Positions 8,044-17,134 of a DNA stretch of 25,165 nucleotides are shown one piece after another. The position numbers and the translations under genes were made by a program. The stretch's first letter is position 1; each line of letters starts with the position of its first letter. Location: positions 1 to 25,165 of the forward strand of contig CAWVTO010000001.1 in assembly GCA_963932895.1 (NCBI GenBank), read 5' to 3'. The notes beneath the pieces were generated by a model. It ran no database searches. It saw only the letters and a program-made list of their open reading frames with translations, and was not told the DNA's origin. The stretch comes from an uncultured bacterium. GTDB taxonomy: Bacteria > Bacteroidota > Bacteroidia > NS11-12g > UBA9320.

Positions 8044-8873
8044 AATATTTTTATCTCTTTATTGCTATACGCCTCATCTAGCATTTTTGTTTCAATGTTT
8101 TTCATCTCTTTCTGTTGACGTTTTATATTGAGGATCTGTTTTATGTTCTCCACCTCCATACTAAACGGAGATGTAGTACTTCTTATTTTAAAATCAAAAA
8201 TGCGAATGAAATATTCAAACTCACCCTCCGCCAATCGAATAATCTTATTGTTGTTTAAATAATGCTCTTGATTGTAGGTGTTAATGGGTATCTCTTTTAG
8301 AATATCTTCAAAAAAAACCCAGTTATCTTTATCATCATAGTAGTTGCCATTTTCTATGCTCAGTTCTTTGAGGGTCCCATAGATACTTTCGTCTTTCGCT
8401 CTAAAATTGGACCATAGCATATTTATGTTTGCAGCATTGCTCGGTACTTTATAAAAAATAATTTTAATAATATTTTGAGATAATTCAAACTCATCACTGT
8501 GCTCAGTATAATAGGCTTGCAACTCGTCCTCGGTGTGCGACGTGTCTGCAGCTTGCCATGCTAGCTTGTTGAGCACTTCGTAGCTGAGCAGGTCTATTCT
8601 GTATTGCTCTAGCTGCTTACTCTTATCCCTCTCTTCTGCTGTAAGTATCTTGACTGCTTTGTTTAGTAAAATTTGCTTGGAGAGCCATACGTCTATATAC
8701 TCTTTGGCCAAAAACACGCTATCTTCAATAGTCGCATCATCCGGTATTATTTTGGCAAGATCTGTATCGTATAGTTTATTGCCATAAGCATCAGCTAACA
8801 CACGCCCCTCCGGTTGTGGTGCACATGCTGCTACCACTACAAATAGAAATATGAAAGTTAATTTACTACTCAA
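8040..8873 (-). CDS. Conserved Bacteroidota lipoprotein of the PPIase-surA cluster (SurA/PrsA-like helical chaperone fold likely)
   Basis: TTG start, lipobox VAA-C17; AxAYGNKLY, YIDVWLSKQILL, YRIDLL.YE, ENIKQILNIKRQ; sits between two PPIases. No clear rotamase catalytic motif. Confidence 0.8.
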   Translation of the reverse strand: MSSKLTFIFLFVVVAACAPQPEGRVLADAYGNKLYDTDLAKIIPDDATIEDSVFLAKEYIDVWLSKQILLNKAVKILTAEERDKSKQLEQYRIDLLSYEVLNKLAWQAADTSHTEDELQAYYTEHSDEFELSQNIIKIIFYKVPSNAANINMLWSNFRAKDESIYGTLKELSIENGNYYDDKDNWVFFEDILKEIPINTYNQEHYLNNNKIIRLAEGEFEYFIRIFDFKIRSTTSPFSMEVENIKQILNIKRQQKEMKNIETKMLDEAYSNKEIKIF

Positions 8874-8884
8874 TGGCTAGACCC

Positions 8885-10861
8885 CTACTTACTATACAAG
8901 CGTTTGATATTCTCCTCGTAAATTTCTACTGGATATGATTTTTTAAGCTTTTCTATCCAAGTAGCCTCAAGATAGTCTTGATAGTCACTTGTTGCTTGCC
9001 CCATATTCTCTTTTAGTGCCTTTGCAGACACAGGAAGTATCTCATTTATTTTCACGAACTTGATTCTATCGTTTTCCGAAGGCAAGTCTGAAACACCTAC
9101 TTCCCACTGAACATTTTCCAGTTGCTTATTACTTCCTTTTTCAATTGTCTTATCATCTACAGATACCGACAAAGCATCTTTTGCATTACACTTTTCGAGT
9201 ATGGTCGATGTAGGCTTTCCCTTTTTCACCAATTTCTTTACCGATTTTGCGGTCTTCGCATTATTACAACTGTATACTGTTGCCACTGCTCGTTCTTTCC
9301 ACATATACTCTGCCTTATTTTTGGAATAAAAAGACTCCAGGCCTGTAGTATCCTTTACAGCTTTACTCCATACTTCTCTATCCATTAGCTCAAAAAGCAA
9401 TATACCATCTCTATACTCTTGCATAGTGTACTTGAACTCTTCATACTTATCTTCCAATTGTCCTTCTTCAAAATCAAGGTTTATTTGCTTCACAAAACTC
9501 TCATAAATATCTGCTACTGCATTGGGAAGTGTCTTGTTACTTCTTGCCTGATTTGTAGCTACGTATGCATAAAAGTAGTCGTCTGTATATGCTCTATCTC
9601 CTATCTTACATAAAACAATTCCTTTGCCGTCCTTCATCTTAAATTGACCTTGTAGCAAACTTGCATCAACCTCATTTCTAACGGAATCTAAACCCGCCAC
9701 CTCTTGATAGTTATTCTCTTTGATGATACGAGCAACTACTACATCTTTATTCAATTCACTTCGGCTATCTCGTTCTACTTTTCTACGCAAGAAGTCTTTA
9801 GAGTCATTGTAGGACAGCTTCTCTTTCATCTCAACTCTCTTTAGTATGTGCCAACTAAATTTAGTTTTCACAGGCTTGCTGTAGTCCTCATCATTCTGCA
9901 ACTCATACGCTGTGTTTTTAAACTCTGCTGGAATATTCGACGTAGTTCTATTGAACCAGCCCAGTTCTCCACCTTTGGAGTTGGTGTTAAAATCTTCTGA
10001 AAATTCTTCTACTATAGTATTCCAATCTGCACCTGCCTGTAATTTAGCATATACCGCATCTATGCGTTCCTTGGTACTATCTATTTGTGTAGGGTTGTAA
10101 TATTTTATGGCAATATGAGCTACTTTTATGTCTCCTTGCGTCTTACGCTTGTCTTTGACGTAGACTAGGTGGTAACCAAAACGCGTTCTGATAGGCAGAC
10201 TAACCTCTCCTACGGTTGTAGTAAAAGCAGCTTTTTCGAACGGATAAATCATTTGAAAAACGGTAAAGTACCCGAGGTCTCCTTTGTTTGTTTTGGCTGA
10301 AGGATCTTCAGAATATTGACTCGCTATAGTTTCAAAAGACTCTCCCTTTACTACTCTATTGCGAAGTCCCATGATCTTCTCATAGGCACTCAAAGAATCT
10401 GATGGTTTAGCATCTGCGGCACAGTTGACAAGCAAATGAGCTGCACTTACTTCCATCTGACTTCTATCGTATGCTTCTTTTACCAATCGTTCTGTCACGG
10501 TCTTATCTGTAAGGTAAGGCTGTGCTAGTTGCTTGCGATACCCTGCCAACTCTTGTTTGAAAGAAGGTACAGTATCCATTTTCAACGCATATGCTTCCTT
10601 TACCTTTAACTTAAATTTTACGTATAAATCTACGTACTCGTCTATTTCTTTTTTAGTAGGAGTGCTTTTATCATTCTTATTTTTGTTAAAAACACGCATA
10701 AACTCTTCGTTCATTACGACCTCATCGCCAAAAGCAAATAGCGGAAACGAGACCCCTTTTTCTTCTGTTCTGGAAACAGACAATGTACCTACCTGTGCAT
10801 TCACCAAGCATCCTAGGAATAGAAATGCTATTGTTGCTATCGTTTTTGTAACCTTTATCAT
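8885..10861 (-). CDS. Large SurA/PpiD-like peptidyl-prolyl isomerase with two parvulin domains
   Basis: Signal peptide; ELAGYRKQLAQPYL; AAHLLV, YSEDPSAKTNKGDLGYFTVFQMIYPFEKAAF, RTRFGYHLV; second domain AHIAIK, FSED..TNSKGGELGWF, KTKFSWHILK; EYRDGILLFELM. Confidence 0.92.
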   Translation of the reverse strand: MIKVTKTIATIAFLFLGCLVNAQVGTLSVSRTEEKGVSFPLFAFGDEVVMNEEFMRVFNKNKNDKSTPTKKEIDEYVDLYVKFKLKVKEAYALKMDTVPSFKQELAGYRKQLAQPYLTDKTVTERLVKEAYDRSQMEVSAAHLLVNCAADAKPSDSLSAYEKIMGLRNRVVKGESFETIASQYSEDPSAKTNKGDLGYFTVFQMIYPFEKAAFTTTVGEVSLPIRTRFGYHLVYVKDKRKTQGDIKVAHIAIKYYNPTQIDSTKERIDAVYAKLQAGADWNTIVEEFSEDFNTNSKGGELGWFNRTTSNIPAEFKNTAYELQNDEDYSKPVKTKFSWHILKRVEMKEKLSYNDSKDFLRRKVERDSRSELNKDVVVARIIKENNYQEVAGLDSVRNEVDASLLQGQFKMKDGKGIVLCKIGDRAYTDDYFYAYVATNQARSNKTLPNAVADIYESFVKQINLDFEEGQLEDKYEEFKYTMQEYRDGILLFELMDREVWSKAVKDTTGLESFYSKNKAEYMWKERAVATVYSCNNAKTAKSVKKLVKKGKPTSTILEKCNAKDALSVSVDDKTIEKGSNKQLENVQWEVGVSDLPSENDRIKFVKINEILPVSAKALKENMGQATSDYQDYLEATWIEKLKKSYPVEIYEENIKRLYSK

Positions 10862-10888
10862 CGTTATTTATTAATCTAAAATAGGACG

Positions 10889-10896
10889 CGAATTTA
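10889..10896 (-). promoter_or_regulatory. Variant -7 element TAAATTCG(CG) for the PPIase-surA-moxR-exonuclease operon
   Basis: One mismatch to TAnnTTTG, 27 nt upstream of ATG 10861 in the divergent intergenic region. Confidence 0.4.
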
Positions 10897-10976
10897 ATGA
10901 TTTATAGTCTTTGGACATAGCGTTGGCATAATATAATACTCGCTTACCATTATCCTTTGTAGAAAGATAAATACTT

Positions 10977-12023
10977 TTGACAAAAAATAGCCAAAAATTG
11001 ACACATTTCAAGGTATCCTATTCTGAGCATTTTAATGACCAAGACTATGTAAAAACAGTAATTAGTCAATGGCAAACTGGTAGTCAATTATTTACATTAT
11101 CTACTTCTGGAAGCACAGGAGAACCAAAAACAATACAGCTAAATCGGAACATGCTGATATGGTCTGCCGAAAAAACCTATGCCGCATTAGACTTGCAAAA
11201 CAAGCAAGGTCAACTATCTGTTCTTTGTTGCCTACCTGTACAAAAAACAGGTGGATTTATGCAGCTTATTCGGGCGTTGCATTTCAACTGGCATATCCAT
11301 TTTATTCCTGCTACTGCCAACCCTAATGCCGAACTTGGCGATTACCCTTCTTCTTTTGATTTATTCTCATTCACTCCAACGCAATTACAAACTATTATAG
11401 CGAGTGATGAAGCATTGCTCTCACCGCAGACAGCAATACTAATTGGTGGGGCAGCCATTTCTTCAGATTTTGAAGAAGAAATTCAAAATTTTGCATTGGT
11501 CTCCAAAACTGCTTTTTGGGAGACCTACGGGATGACCGAAACCGCTAGTCACATAGCCTTGCGTAAATTGGGAATTGACTCCTATTTCAAACCGCAACCC
11601 GGCGTAGAAATTAGTACAACAGAGGACCAAAGACTTCGTATAGCGATACCTGAACTAGACTTTAGTATTACAACCAATGATATGGCAATAGTTCATACAG
11701 ATGGCTTTGAGATACTTGGCAGAAGTGACGATGTAATTAATAGTGGTGGAATAAAAATACATCCATCATTGATAGAGCCAAAAATCAAAGCACTATTGCA
11801 CACCGAAGGAATAGAAAGGCACTTTTATCTTGGCAAGAAAAAGGATGTGAAACTTGGCGAAAAAGCTGTACTCGTTCTAGAAGGAACTGCTTTGAAAGAC
11901 ATTTCGCATTTGCTCGAGATACTGAAAAGAGAACTACCCATCTATCACAATCCTAAGGATATCCTCTTTGTAGAAGAGATAGCGTATACCGATACAGGAA
12001 AAATTATTAGAGCAATGCTCTAA
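10977..12023 (+). CDS. menE: MenE-like O-succinylbenzoate-CoA ligase / AMP-binding enzyme (short Bacteroidota type)
   Basis: TSGSTGEPK, LP...GGFMQLIRAL, LIGGAAI, ETYGMTETASHIALR, GRSDDVINSGGIKIHP, TDTGKI. Start uncertain: TTG 10977 overlaps a TACTTTTG element at 10972-10979, so TTG 10998 is possible. Substrate is inferred. Confidence 0.75.
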   Translation: MTKNSQKLTHFKVSYSEHFNDQDYVKTVISQWQTGSQLFTLSTSGSTGEPKTIQLNRNMLIWSAEKTYAALDLQNKQGQLSVLCCLPVQKTGGFMQLIRALHFNWHIHFIPATANPNAELGDYPSSFDLFSFTPTQLQTIIASDEALLSPQTAILIGGAAISSDFEEEIQNFALVSKTAFWETYGMTETASHIALRKLGIDSYFKPQPGVEISTTEDQRLRIAIPELDFSITTNDMAIVHTDGFEILGRSDDVINSGGIKIHPSLIEPKIKALLHTEGIERHFYLGKKKDVKLGEKAVLVLEGTALKDISHLLEILKRELPIYHNPKDILFVEEIAYTDTGKIIRAML

Positions 12024-12118
12024 ATATATATAAGCACTACTTATTCGGGGAGTTTAGACAACTGTAAACACCCAAACTTTGCTCCTTCTTTGCATTAAGT
12101 ATTTTTATTCCTTTCACC

Positions 12119-12126
12119 TACCTTTG
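12119..12126 (+). promoter_or_regulatory. -7 element TACCTTTG for trmB
   Basis: Exact TAnnTTTG match followed by CACC, 5 nt before GTG 12132. Confidence 0.7.
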
Positions 12127-12131
12127 CACCT

Positions 12132-12773
12132 GTGGGACAAGTAGGTAAACTTCAAAAATTTGCGGATGTAACGGCTTTCGAAAACTGCTACGAACGTGTA
12201 GCAGAACTCAAAGGAAAGTGGAAAACAGATGTATTCAAAAACGACAACCCAATTACGGTAGAATTAGCCTGCGGCAAAGGCGAATACACCATTGGTTTAG
12301 CTGAACGATTCCCCGAACGCAATTTCATTGGTATAGATGTGAAGGGCAATCGGATATGGAAAGGGGCTAAATATGCATTGGAAAATAATATTACGAATGT
12401 GGCTTTTCACCGGCTAATGATCGGCAACATAGAAGAATATTTTGAGAAAGGAGAGATTGACGAATTTTGGATCACGTTTCCTGACCCACAGCATAGTAAA
12501 AAACGCAAGCGACTCACCAACGCTATGTTTCTAAACCGCTACCGTAACATCGCTAAAGAGGGTGCCGTAATGAACCTCAAAAGTGACTCCACACGTTTTT
12601 ATGAGTTTAGTAAAGAGATAATAGCCGATCAAAAACTAACGGTACTTCAAGATTCGGATGACATCTATGCTTGGGACGAAATCCCAGAGCACCTAGCTAA
12701 TATTCAAACTTTTTACGAGCAAATGTGGCTCGATCAAGGAAAGAAAATTAAGTTTTTGAGATACGTTATATAA
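12132..12773 (+). CDS. trmB: tRNA (guanine-N7)-methyltransferase
   Basis: VELACGKGEY, FIGIDVKGNRIW, WITFPDPQ..KKRKRLT, LKSDS..FYEF, QTFYEQMW. Confidence 0.95.
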   Translation: MGQVGKLQKFADVTAFENCYERVAELKGKWKTDVFKNDNPITVELACGKGEYTIGLAERFPERNFIGIDVKGNRIWKGAKYALENNITNVAFHRLMIGNIEEYFEKGEIDEFWITFPDPQHSKKRKRLTNAMFLNRYRNIAKEGAVMNLKSDSTRFYEFSKEIIADQKLTVLQDSDDIYAWDEIPEHLANIQTFYEQMWLDQGKKIKFLRYVI

Positions 12774-12776
12774 CCT

Positions 12777-13340
12777 TTACAGATTACGTTCTACGTAGTC
12801 TATGAGCGAGTGTATCACTTTGATGTGTATTTCCTGAGCTCTATCGGCATAGTTGCTTTTGGGTGCACGTATCTCTACATCGCACAAGCCAGCCATTTTA
12901 CCACCGTCTTTGCCTGTGAGCCCTATCACTTTCATCCCTTTTTCTTTAGCTGCAACTATCGCATTAATCACATTCTGGCTATTGCCACTTGTGCTAATGC
13001 CAAGTAGTACGTCTCCCTTGCGGCCAACGCCCTCTACGTAACGCGAAAAAACATACTCATATCCATAATCATTTCCGACACATGCCATATGGCTTGCATC
13101 TGCAATAGCTATAGCTCCTATAGCTGGACGATTGTCTCTATATCTTCCTGTAAGTTCTTCTGCAAAGTGCATGGCATCGCACAAACTTCCGCCGTTACCG
13201 CAGCTTAGCACCTTTCCTTCCTTCTGAAAACTATCTACCAGTAACTTACCGGCAGCTTCTATATTATCGAAGTTAGTCTCATCAGCCAAAAAAGCTTCTA
13301 GCACACTTTGTGCTTCTATAAAATGTTGTTTTATGCTCAT
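12777..13340 (-). CDS. gmhA: D-sedoheptulose 7-phosphate isomerase
   Basis: [61 protein letters not shown]; metal/catalytic His, Glu, Gln and His retained. Confidence 0.95.
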   Translation of the reverse strand: MSIKQHFIEAQSVLEAFLADETNFDNIEAAGKLLVDSFQKEGKVLSCGNGGSLCDAMHFAEELTGRYRDNRPAIGAIAIADASHMACVGNDYGYEYVFSRYVEGVGRKGDVLLGISTSGNSQNVINAIVAAKEKGMKVIGLTGKDGGKMAGLCDVEIRAPKSNYADRAQEIHIKVIHSLIDYVERNL

Positions 13341-15578
13341 TTATTTCGCCGCAAGTATAGGCTCCATTCTTGATTTGTACTCTTCTAGTCCTGCTTTTAA
13401 GAACGCAACGTACGCCTCTTTGTCCTTATCATAAGTACGTGTAGGTTGCAGCAGATCTCCTTCATTATCTAACAAAGCATATTGAGGTTGAGCATTAGCA
13501 TTGAAATAACATTCTTGAATCCAGCTATTTTTCTTTGCCAAATTGGTAACCTTTCTAGTACTATTTTTCTTATAAAACTGCTCATTCTCTGCCAATTCTA
13601 TGGTCTTATCATCTACGTAGAGTGAGATTATGATAAAGTCTTCATTCATCATTGTACGTACTCTCTCGTCAGACCAGACCACAGCTTCCATTTCTCTGCA
13701 GTTTACACATCCATGACCGGTAAAGTCAAGAAATACTGGACGACCGGTCTGCCTTGCTACCTCCATGCCTTGTTCATAATCGTAGTATCCTCTCAATCCA
13801 TGTGGCAAGTGGAGTTTTTCTTCATATTTCGGTTTCACCCCGGCAAAATAATCAGACGAGTGGCCGTCCTTTCCGCCATCCATCAAATTGAAATCATGCG
13901 TACTCATTGGCGGCATATAGCCAGCAAGAGCTTTTAGCGGAGCTCCAAAAAGACCTGGAACAAGATAGGATACAAACGCAAACGTAAAGATGGCAAGGAA
14001 CAACCTTGGCACACCAAGATAGGGCATATCACTGTCGTGTGAGAATTTCAACTTACCCAATAGGTATAATCCCATTAAGAAGAAGATCACAATCCAAAGT
14101 CCAATATAAATTTCTCTATCTAATAAGCCCCAATGGTAGGTTTGATCTGCCACACTTAAGAATTTTAATCCAAATGCAAGCTCAAGAAACCCAAGTACTA
14201 CCTTCACAGAATTCAACCATCCACCAGATTTTGGTAGACCATTTAACCAACTTGGGAATATCGCAAACAAGGCAAATGGTATGGCAAAGGCTAAAGAAAA
14301 TCCTAACATTCCAACCATAGGTTTAACAAATGCACCTCCTGCAGACTCTACCAAGATGCTCCCAACTATAGGGCCTGTACACGAGAAAGAAACCAAAACG
14401 ATAGTAAAAGCCATAAAGAATATGCCTGTTAGCCCACCTTTATCTGCTTGTGCATCTGCCTTATTGACTATCCAACTTGGAAGAACAATCTCAAATGCCC
14501 CGAGAAATGAAGCCGCGAAAACCACAAAGATGAGGAAGAATAAAATATTAGGAAGCCAGTGTGTTGCCAAAAGATTAGCAAAAGCGGGGCCCAACAATAC
14601 AGCCACAAGAGTACCTATTAATACATATATACCCACAATACTAAGCCCATATATAATACCATTCCTTCTTGCTTTAGCCTTACTTCCATCTTTCATAAAG
14701 AACGATACCGTCATAGGTATCATAGGAAACACACAAGGAGTAAGTAACGCTACTAACCCTGAGATAAAAGCGACAATAAAAAGCCCCAAAAAGCTCTGCT
14801 TTTCTTCACCTTCTTGTCCCCCAAATGTCTTAAGCTCGCAACTTGACGTATCGCTTTCTGATAGTGCTTTGTAAGAAGAATAGTTGACAGCATCTGCTGG
14901 CACTAAACCAGCATATTTCGTAAACCCTGTTGTATTTCCTGTGCTTGGTGTAACAGCAGTTGTAGGAGCAACAATAGCTACACCCTCTTCTTGCGTTGCT
15001 GCTTCTTCACCTGTATAATCCTTCTGATCTAAAGCAGTTTCTTTGACCGGGTTTTCTTTCTTAGGCTCTTCTTTTTTATTTAGCTCTTCTTTTACAGGCA
15101 CTGCTGTTGCAGCTCCACCCACTTCGAGTCCTTTTATATTGTACTCATACTCAAACAAAACGCAACTACCATCTGCTGTACACATTTGGTATTCCAAAAG
15201 ACCCGTAATCTTGGGACTAGCAGAGAGTATTTTTATCTTTTGCCTAAATTCTGCTTTCTCCTCAAAATCAGCTACTTCGCACTCAAATATATCATCTTCG
15301 TAGTGATGGGAACCAATAGGATTTGCCCCTCCTACAAGCTCATAGCTTGCATTCTTATCGTAAGTAAATACTGATTTTCTAGGCGGGCAATCACCATAAT
15401 CGTTGGAGTATATATGATATCCTTTAGGAACAACCGTTTTAAATGTAACCTCTATAACATCACCTACGCTAACCTCTGTCTTATTTAGCGTATGACCCCA
15501 ATTTGCAGGCGGAATCTTTTGCCCAAATACTATCGATGCCAATAGCATCGTTAATCCTAAAACCAGGAATTTTTTCAT
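13341..15578 (-). CDS. dsbD: Thiol:disulfide interchange protein DsbD (N-terminal Ig-like domain, transmembrane domain, C-terminal thioredoxin domain)
   Basis: QMCTADGSC in the N-domain; LLTPCVFPMIPMTVSFF and VSFSCTGPIVG in the TM domain; LPKSGGWLNSVKVVLGFLEL; DFTGHGCVNCREME thioredoxin CxxC. Confidence 0.93.
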   Translation of the reverse strand: MKKFLVLGLTMLLASIVFGQKIPPANWGHTLNKTEVSVGDVIEVTFKTVVPKGYHIYSNDYGDCPPRKSVFTYDKNASYELVGGANPIGSHHYEDDIFECEVADFEEKAEFRQKIKILSASPKITGLLEYQMCTADGSCVLFEYEYNIKGLEVGGAATAVPVKEELNKKEEPKKENPVKETALDQKDYTGEEAATQEEGVAIVAPTTAVTPSTGNTTGFTKYAGLVPADAVNYSSYKALSESDTSSCELKTFGGQEGEEKQSFLGLFIVAFISGLVALLTPCVFPMIPMTVSFFMKDGSKAKARRNGIIYGLSIVGIYVLIGTLVAVLLGPAFANLLATHWLPNILFFLIFVVFAASFLGAFEIVLPSWIVNKADAQADKGGLTGIFFMAFTIVLVSFSCTGPIVGSILVESAGGAFVKPMVGMLGFSLAFAIPFALFAIFPSWLNGLPKSGGWLNSVKVVLGFLELAFGLKFLSVADQTYHWGLLDREIYIGLWIVIFFLMGLYLLGKLKFSHDSDMPYLGVPRLFLAIFTFAFVSYLVPGLFGAPLKALAGYMPPMSTHDFNLMDGGKDGHSSDYFAGVKPKYEEKLHLPHGLRGYYDYEQGMEVARQTGRPVFLDFTGHGCVNCREMEAVVWSDERVRTMMNEDFIIISLYVDDKTIELAENEQFYKKNSTRKVTNLAKKNSWIQECYFNANAQPQYALLDNEGDLLQPTRTYDKDKEAYVAFLKAGLEEYKSRMEPILAAK

Positions 15579-15682
15579 AAATATTGAATAATTACTTCAA
15601 ATAAAACGCTTTGTAATACAAAACATTACATTAGATGTAGATAAGTGCATAAAAGTTGCCCAAGGCTGCTCTTCTATACACC

Positions 15683-15690
15683 TACTTTTG
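15683..15690 (+). promoter_or_regulatory. -7 element TACTTTTG for the autolysin-SSS-LOG operon
   Basis: Exact TAnnTTTG match 22 nt before ATG 15713. Confidence 0.6.
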
Positions 15691-15712
15691 ACCGAATATA
15701 TAAAACAGTTTG

Positions 15713-17134
15713 ATGAAATCAATTTTCACGATATTATTGGCACTAACAACTACAATGGCCTTTGCTCAAAAGCAAACGCCGCAAGCATACATAGCCAAAT
15801 ACAAAGACCTAGCAGTTATAGAGATGCACCGCAGTGGTGTGCCTGCAAGCATAACACTATCTCAAGGCGTACTCGAAAGCAACAGTGGGAATAGTAGACT
15901 AGCTAAGTTTGCTAATAACCATTTTGGTATAAAGTGTAAAGGTAGCTGGACAGGAAACGTTATATATGCAGATGATGACGCAGCAGACGAGTGCTTTCGT
16001 GCTTATGAAAGTGTGCTTGAATCGTATAAAGACCACTCCGATTTTTTGAGAAAGAACTGGAGATATCACCCGCTATTTGAACTAGACCCAAAAGACTACA
16101 AAGGGTGGTGCCACGGCTTACGTAAGGCAGGATACGCTACCAACCCACAATATGGCAATATTTTAATACGCCTAATAGACCGGTACGAACTGCACCAGTA
16201 CGACCTAGAAAAGCTGCCCGGGACAGGTTTACCTGCACTTGTGGTAGGAGAAACAGTAAACGGTGTACTAGTAAAAACAGCAGAAGCCGGTGAGACTGTA
16301 GGTACGATAGCTGCAGACAACAATGTAAAAGACCGCCACATCCGAAAGTGGAATGATCTGCCAGCGGGTACAGAAATAAGAACAGGAGAAACGGTATACT
16401 TAAAACCCAAACGCAGAAGAGGTGCCAAAGAAAAACACACCGTAACCAAGGGAGAAGATATGCGGGTAATATCTCAACAATACGGCATAAAACTGAAGCA
16501 ACTCTACAAAAAAAATAGAATGGAGATAGGCTCTGAGCCCAAAGCAGGAGAAGTGCTTTATATGCAAAAGAAACGCTCCAAAGAGGATAGTGTGGCCGTT
16601 GCCCAAGCTAGTCCACAATGGAAAGAAGATGAGCAAGAACCATTTGTCAATCCACATAGTGCACAAAAAGAGGTGATAAACAACATAGATTTTAGCAGTC
16701 CTGGAGCGTTGAACAAAAAGGAAGTAGTAGCACCAGATTTTTATTATGTGAAAAAAGGCGATAACATATACCGCATAGCTGAGCAATACCGCATAATGGA
16801 AGAGGACATACTCATGTGGAATAAAGACTTAAACCCAAGTACCATGAGCATAGGCCAAAAGATATACCTTACCAAAGAGGCTGCAGAAGCAGCAAGTACC
16901 ATGGCAATACTGCCAGAAAAACCTTTATTGAAACAGCCTGTGACAGACGAAGAAGTAGAAAAAATAAAGGAAGAGATTACCGTAAATGGCCCTGTAACCC
17001 ACGTTGTGGTTAAAGGAGACACCCTCTACAACATTTGTAAACGCTACAACATCACGGTAGCTGATATAAAAGCATGGAACCAGCTGGAAGAAGCAACTAT
17101 TAATCTTGGTCAAAGACTACACGTATCTGAATAA
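15713..17134 (+). CDS. GH73 glucosaminidase-domain peptidoglycan hydrolase with four LysM repeats
   Basis: Signal peptide; PASITLSQGVLES, NNHFGIKC, CFRAY, GLRKAGYATNPQY; LysM-like repeats at AEAGETVGTIA, HTVTKGEDMRVISQQYG, YYVKKGDNIYRIAEQY and HVVVKGDTLYNICKRYN. Confidence 0.92.
   Translation: MKSIFTILLALTTTMAFAQKQTPQAYIAKYKDLAVIEMHRSGVPASITLSQGVLESNSGNSRLAKFANNHFGIKCKGSWTGNVIYADDDAADECFRAYESVLESYKDHSDFLRKNWRYHPLFELDPKDYKGWCHGLRKAGYATNPQYGNILIRLIDRYELHQYDLEKLPGTGLPALVVGETVNGVLVKTAEAGETVGTIAADNNVKDRHIRKWNDLPAGTEIRTGETVYLKPKRRRGAKEKHTVTKGEDMRVISQQYGIKLKQLYKKNRMEIGSEPKAGEVLYMQKKRSKEDSVAVAQASPQWKEDEQEPFVNPHSAQKEVINNIDFSSPGALNKKEVVAPDFYYVKKGDNIYRIAEQYRIMEEDILMWNKDLNPSTMSIGQKIYLTKEAAEAASTMAILPEKPLLKQPVTDEEVEKIKEEITVNGPVTHVVVKGDTLYNICKRYNITVADIKAWNQLEEATINLGQRLHVSE

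Noticed and set aside
9521-9530. ATTGGGAAGT, a partial copy of the mnmE 3' end 18-mer
   Set aside because: Only 10 nt, inside an intact PPIase gene and upstream of mnmE; consistent with chance, not an att repeat.
12048-12073. Imperfect hairpin after menE
   Set aside because: Two mismatches in the stem and no adjacent U-run; not supportable as a terminator.
14281-14874. 197-aa ORF antisense to the dsbD transmembrane region
   Set aside because: Stop-poor antisense frames are expected opposite hydrophobic coding sequence; no independent features.
16096-17113. Several overlapping alternative-frame and antisense ORFs within the autolysin gene
   Set aside because: All lie inside a well-supported CDS and show no motifs.
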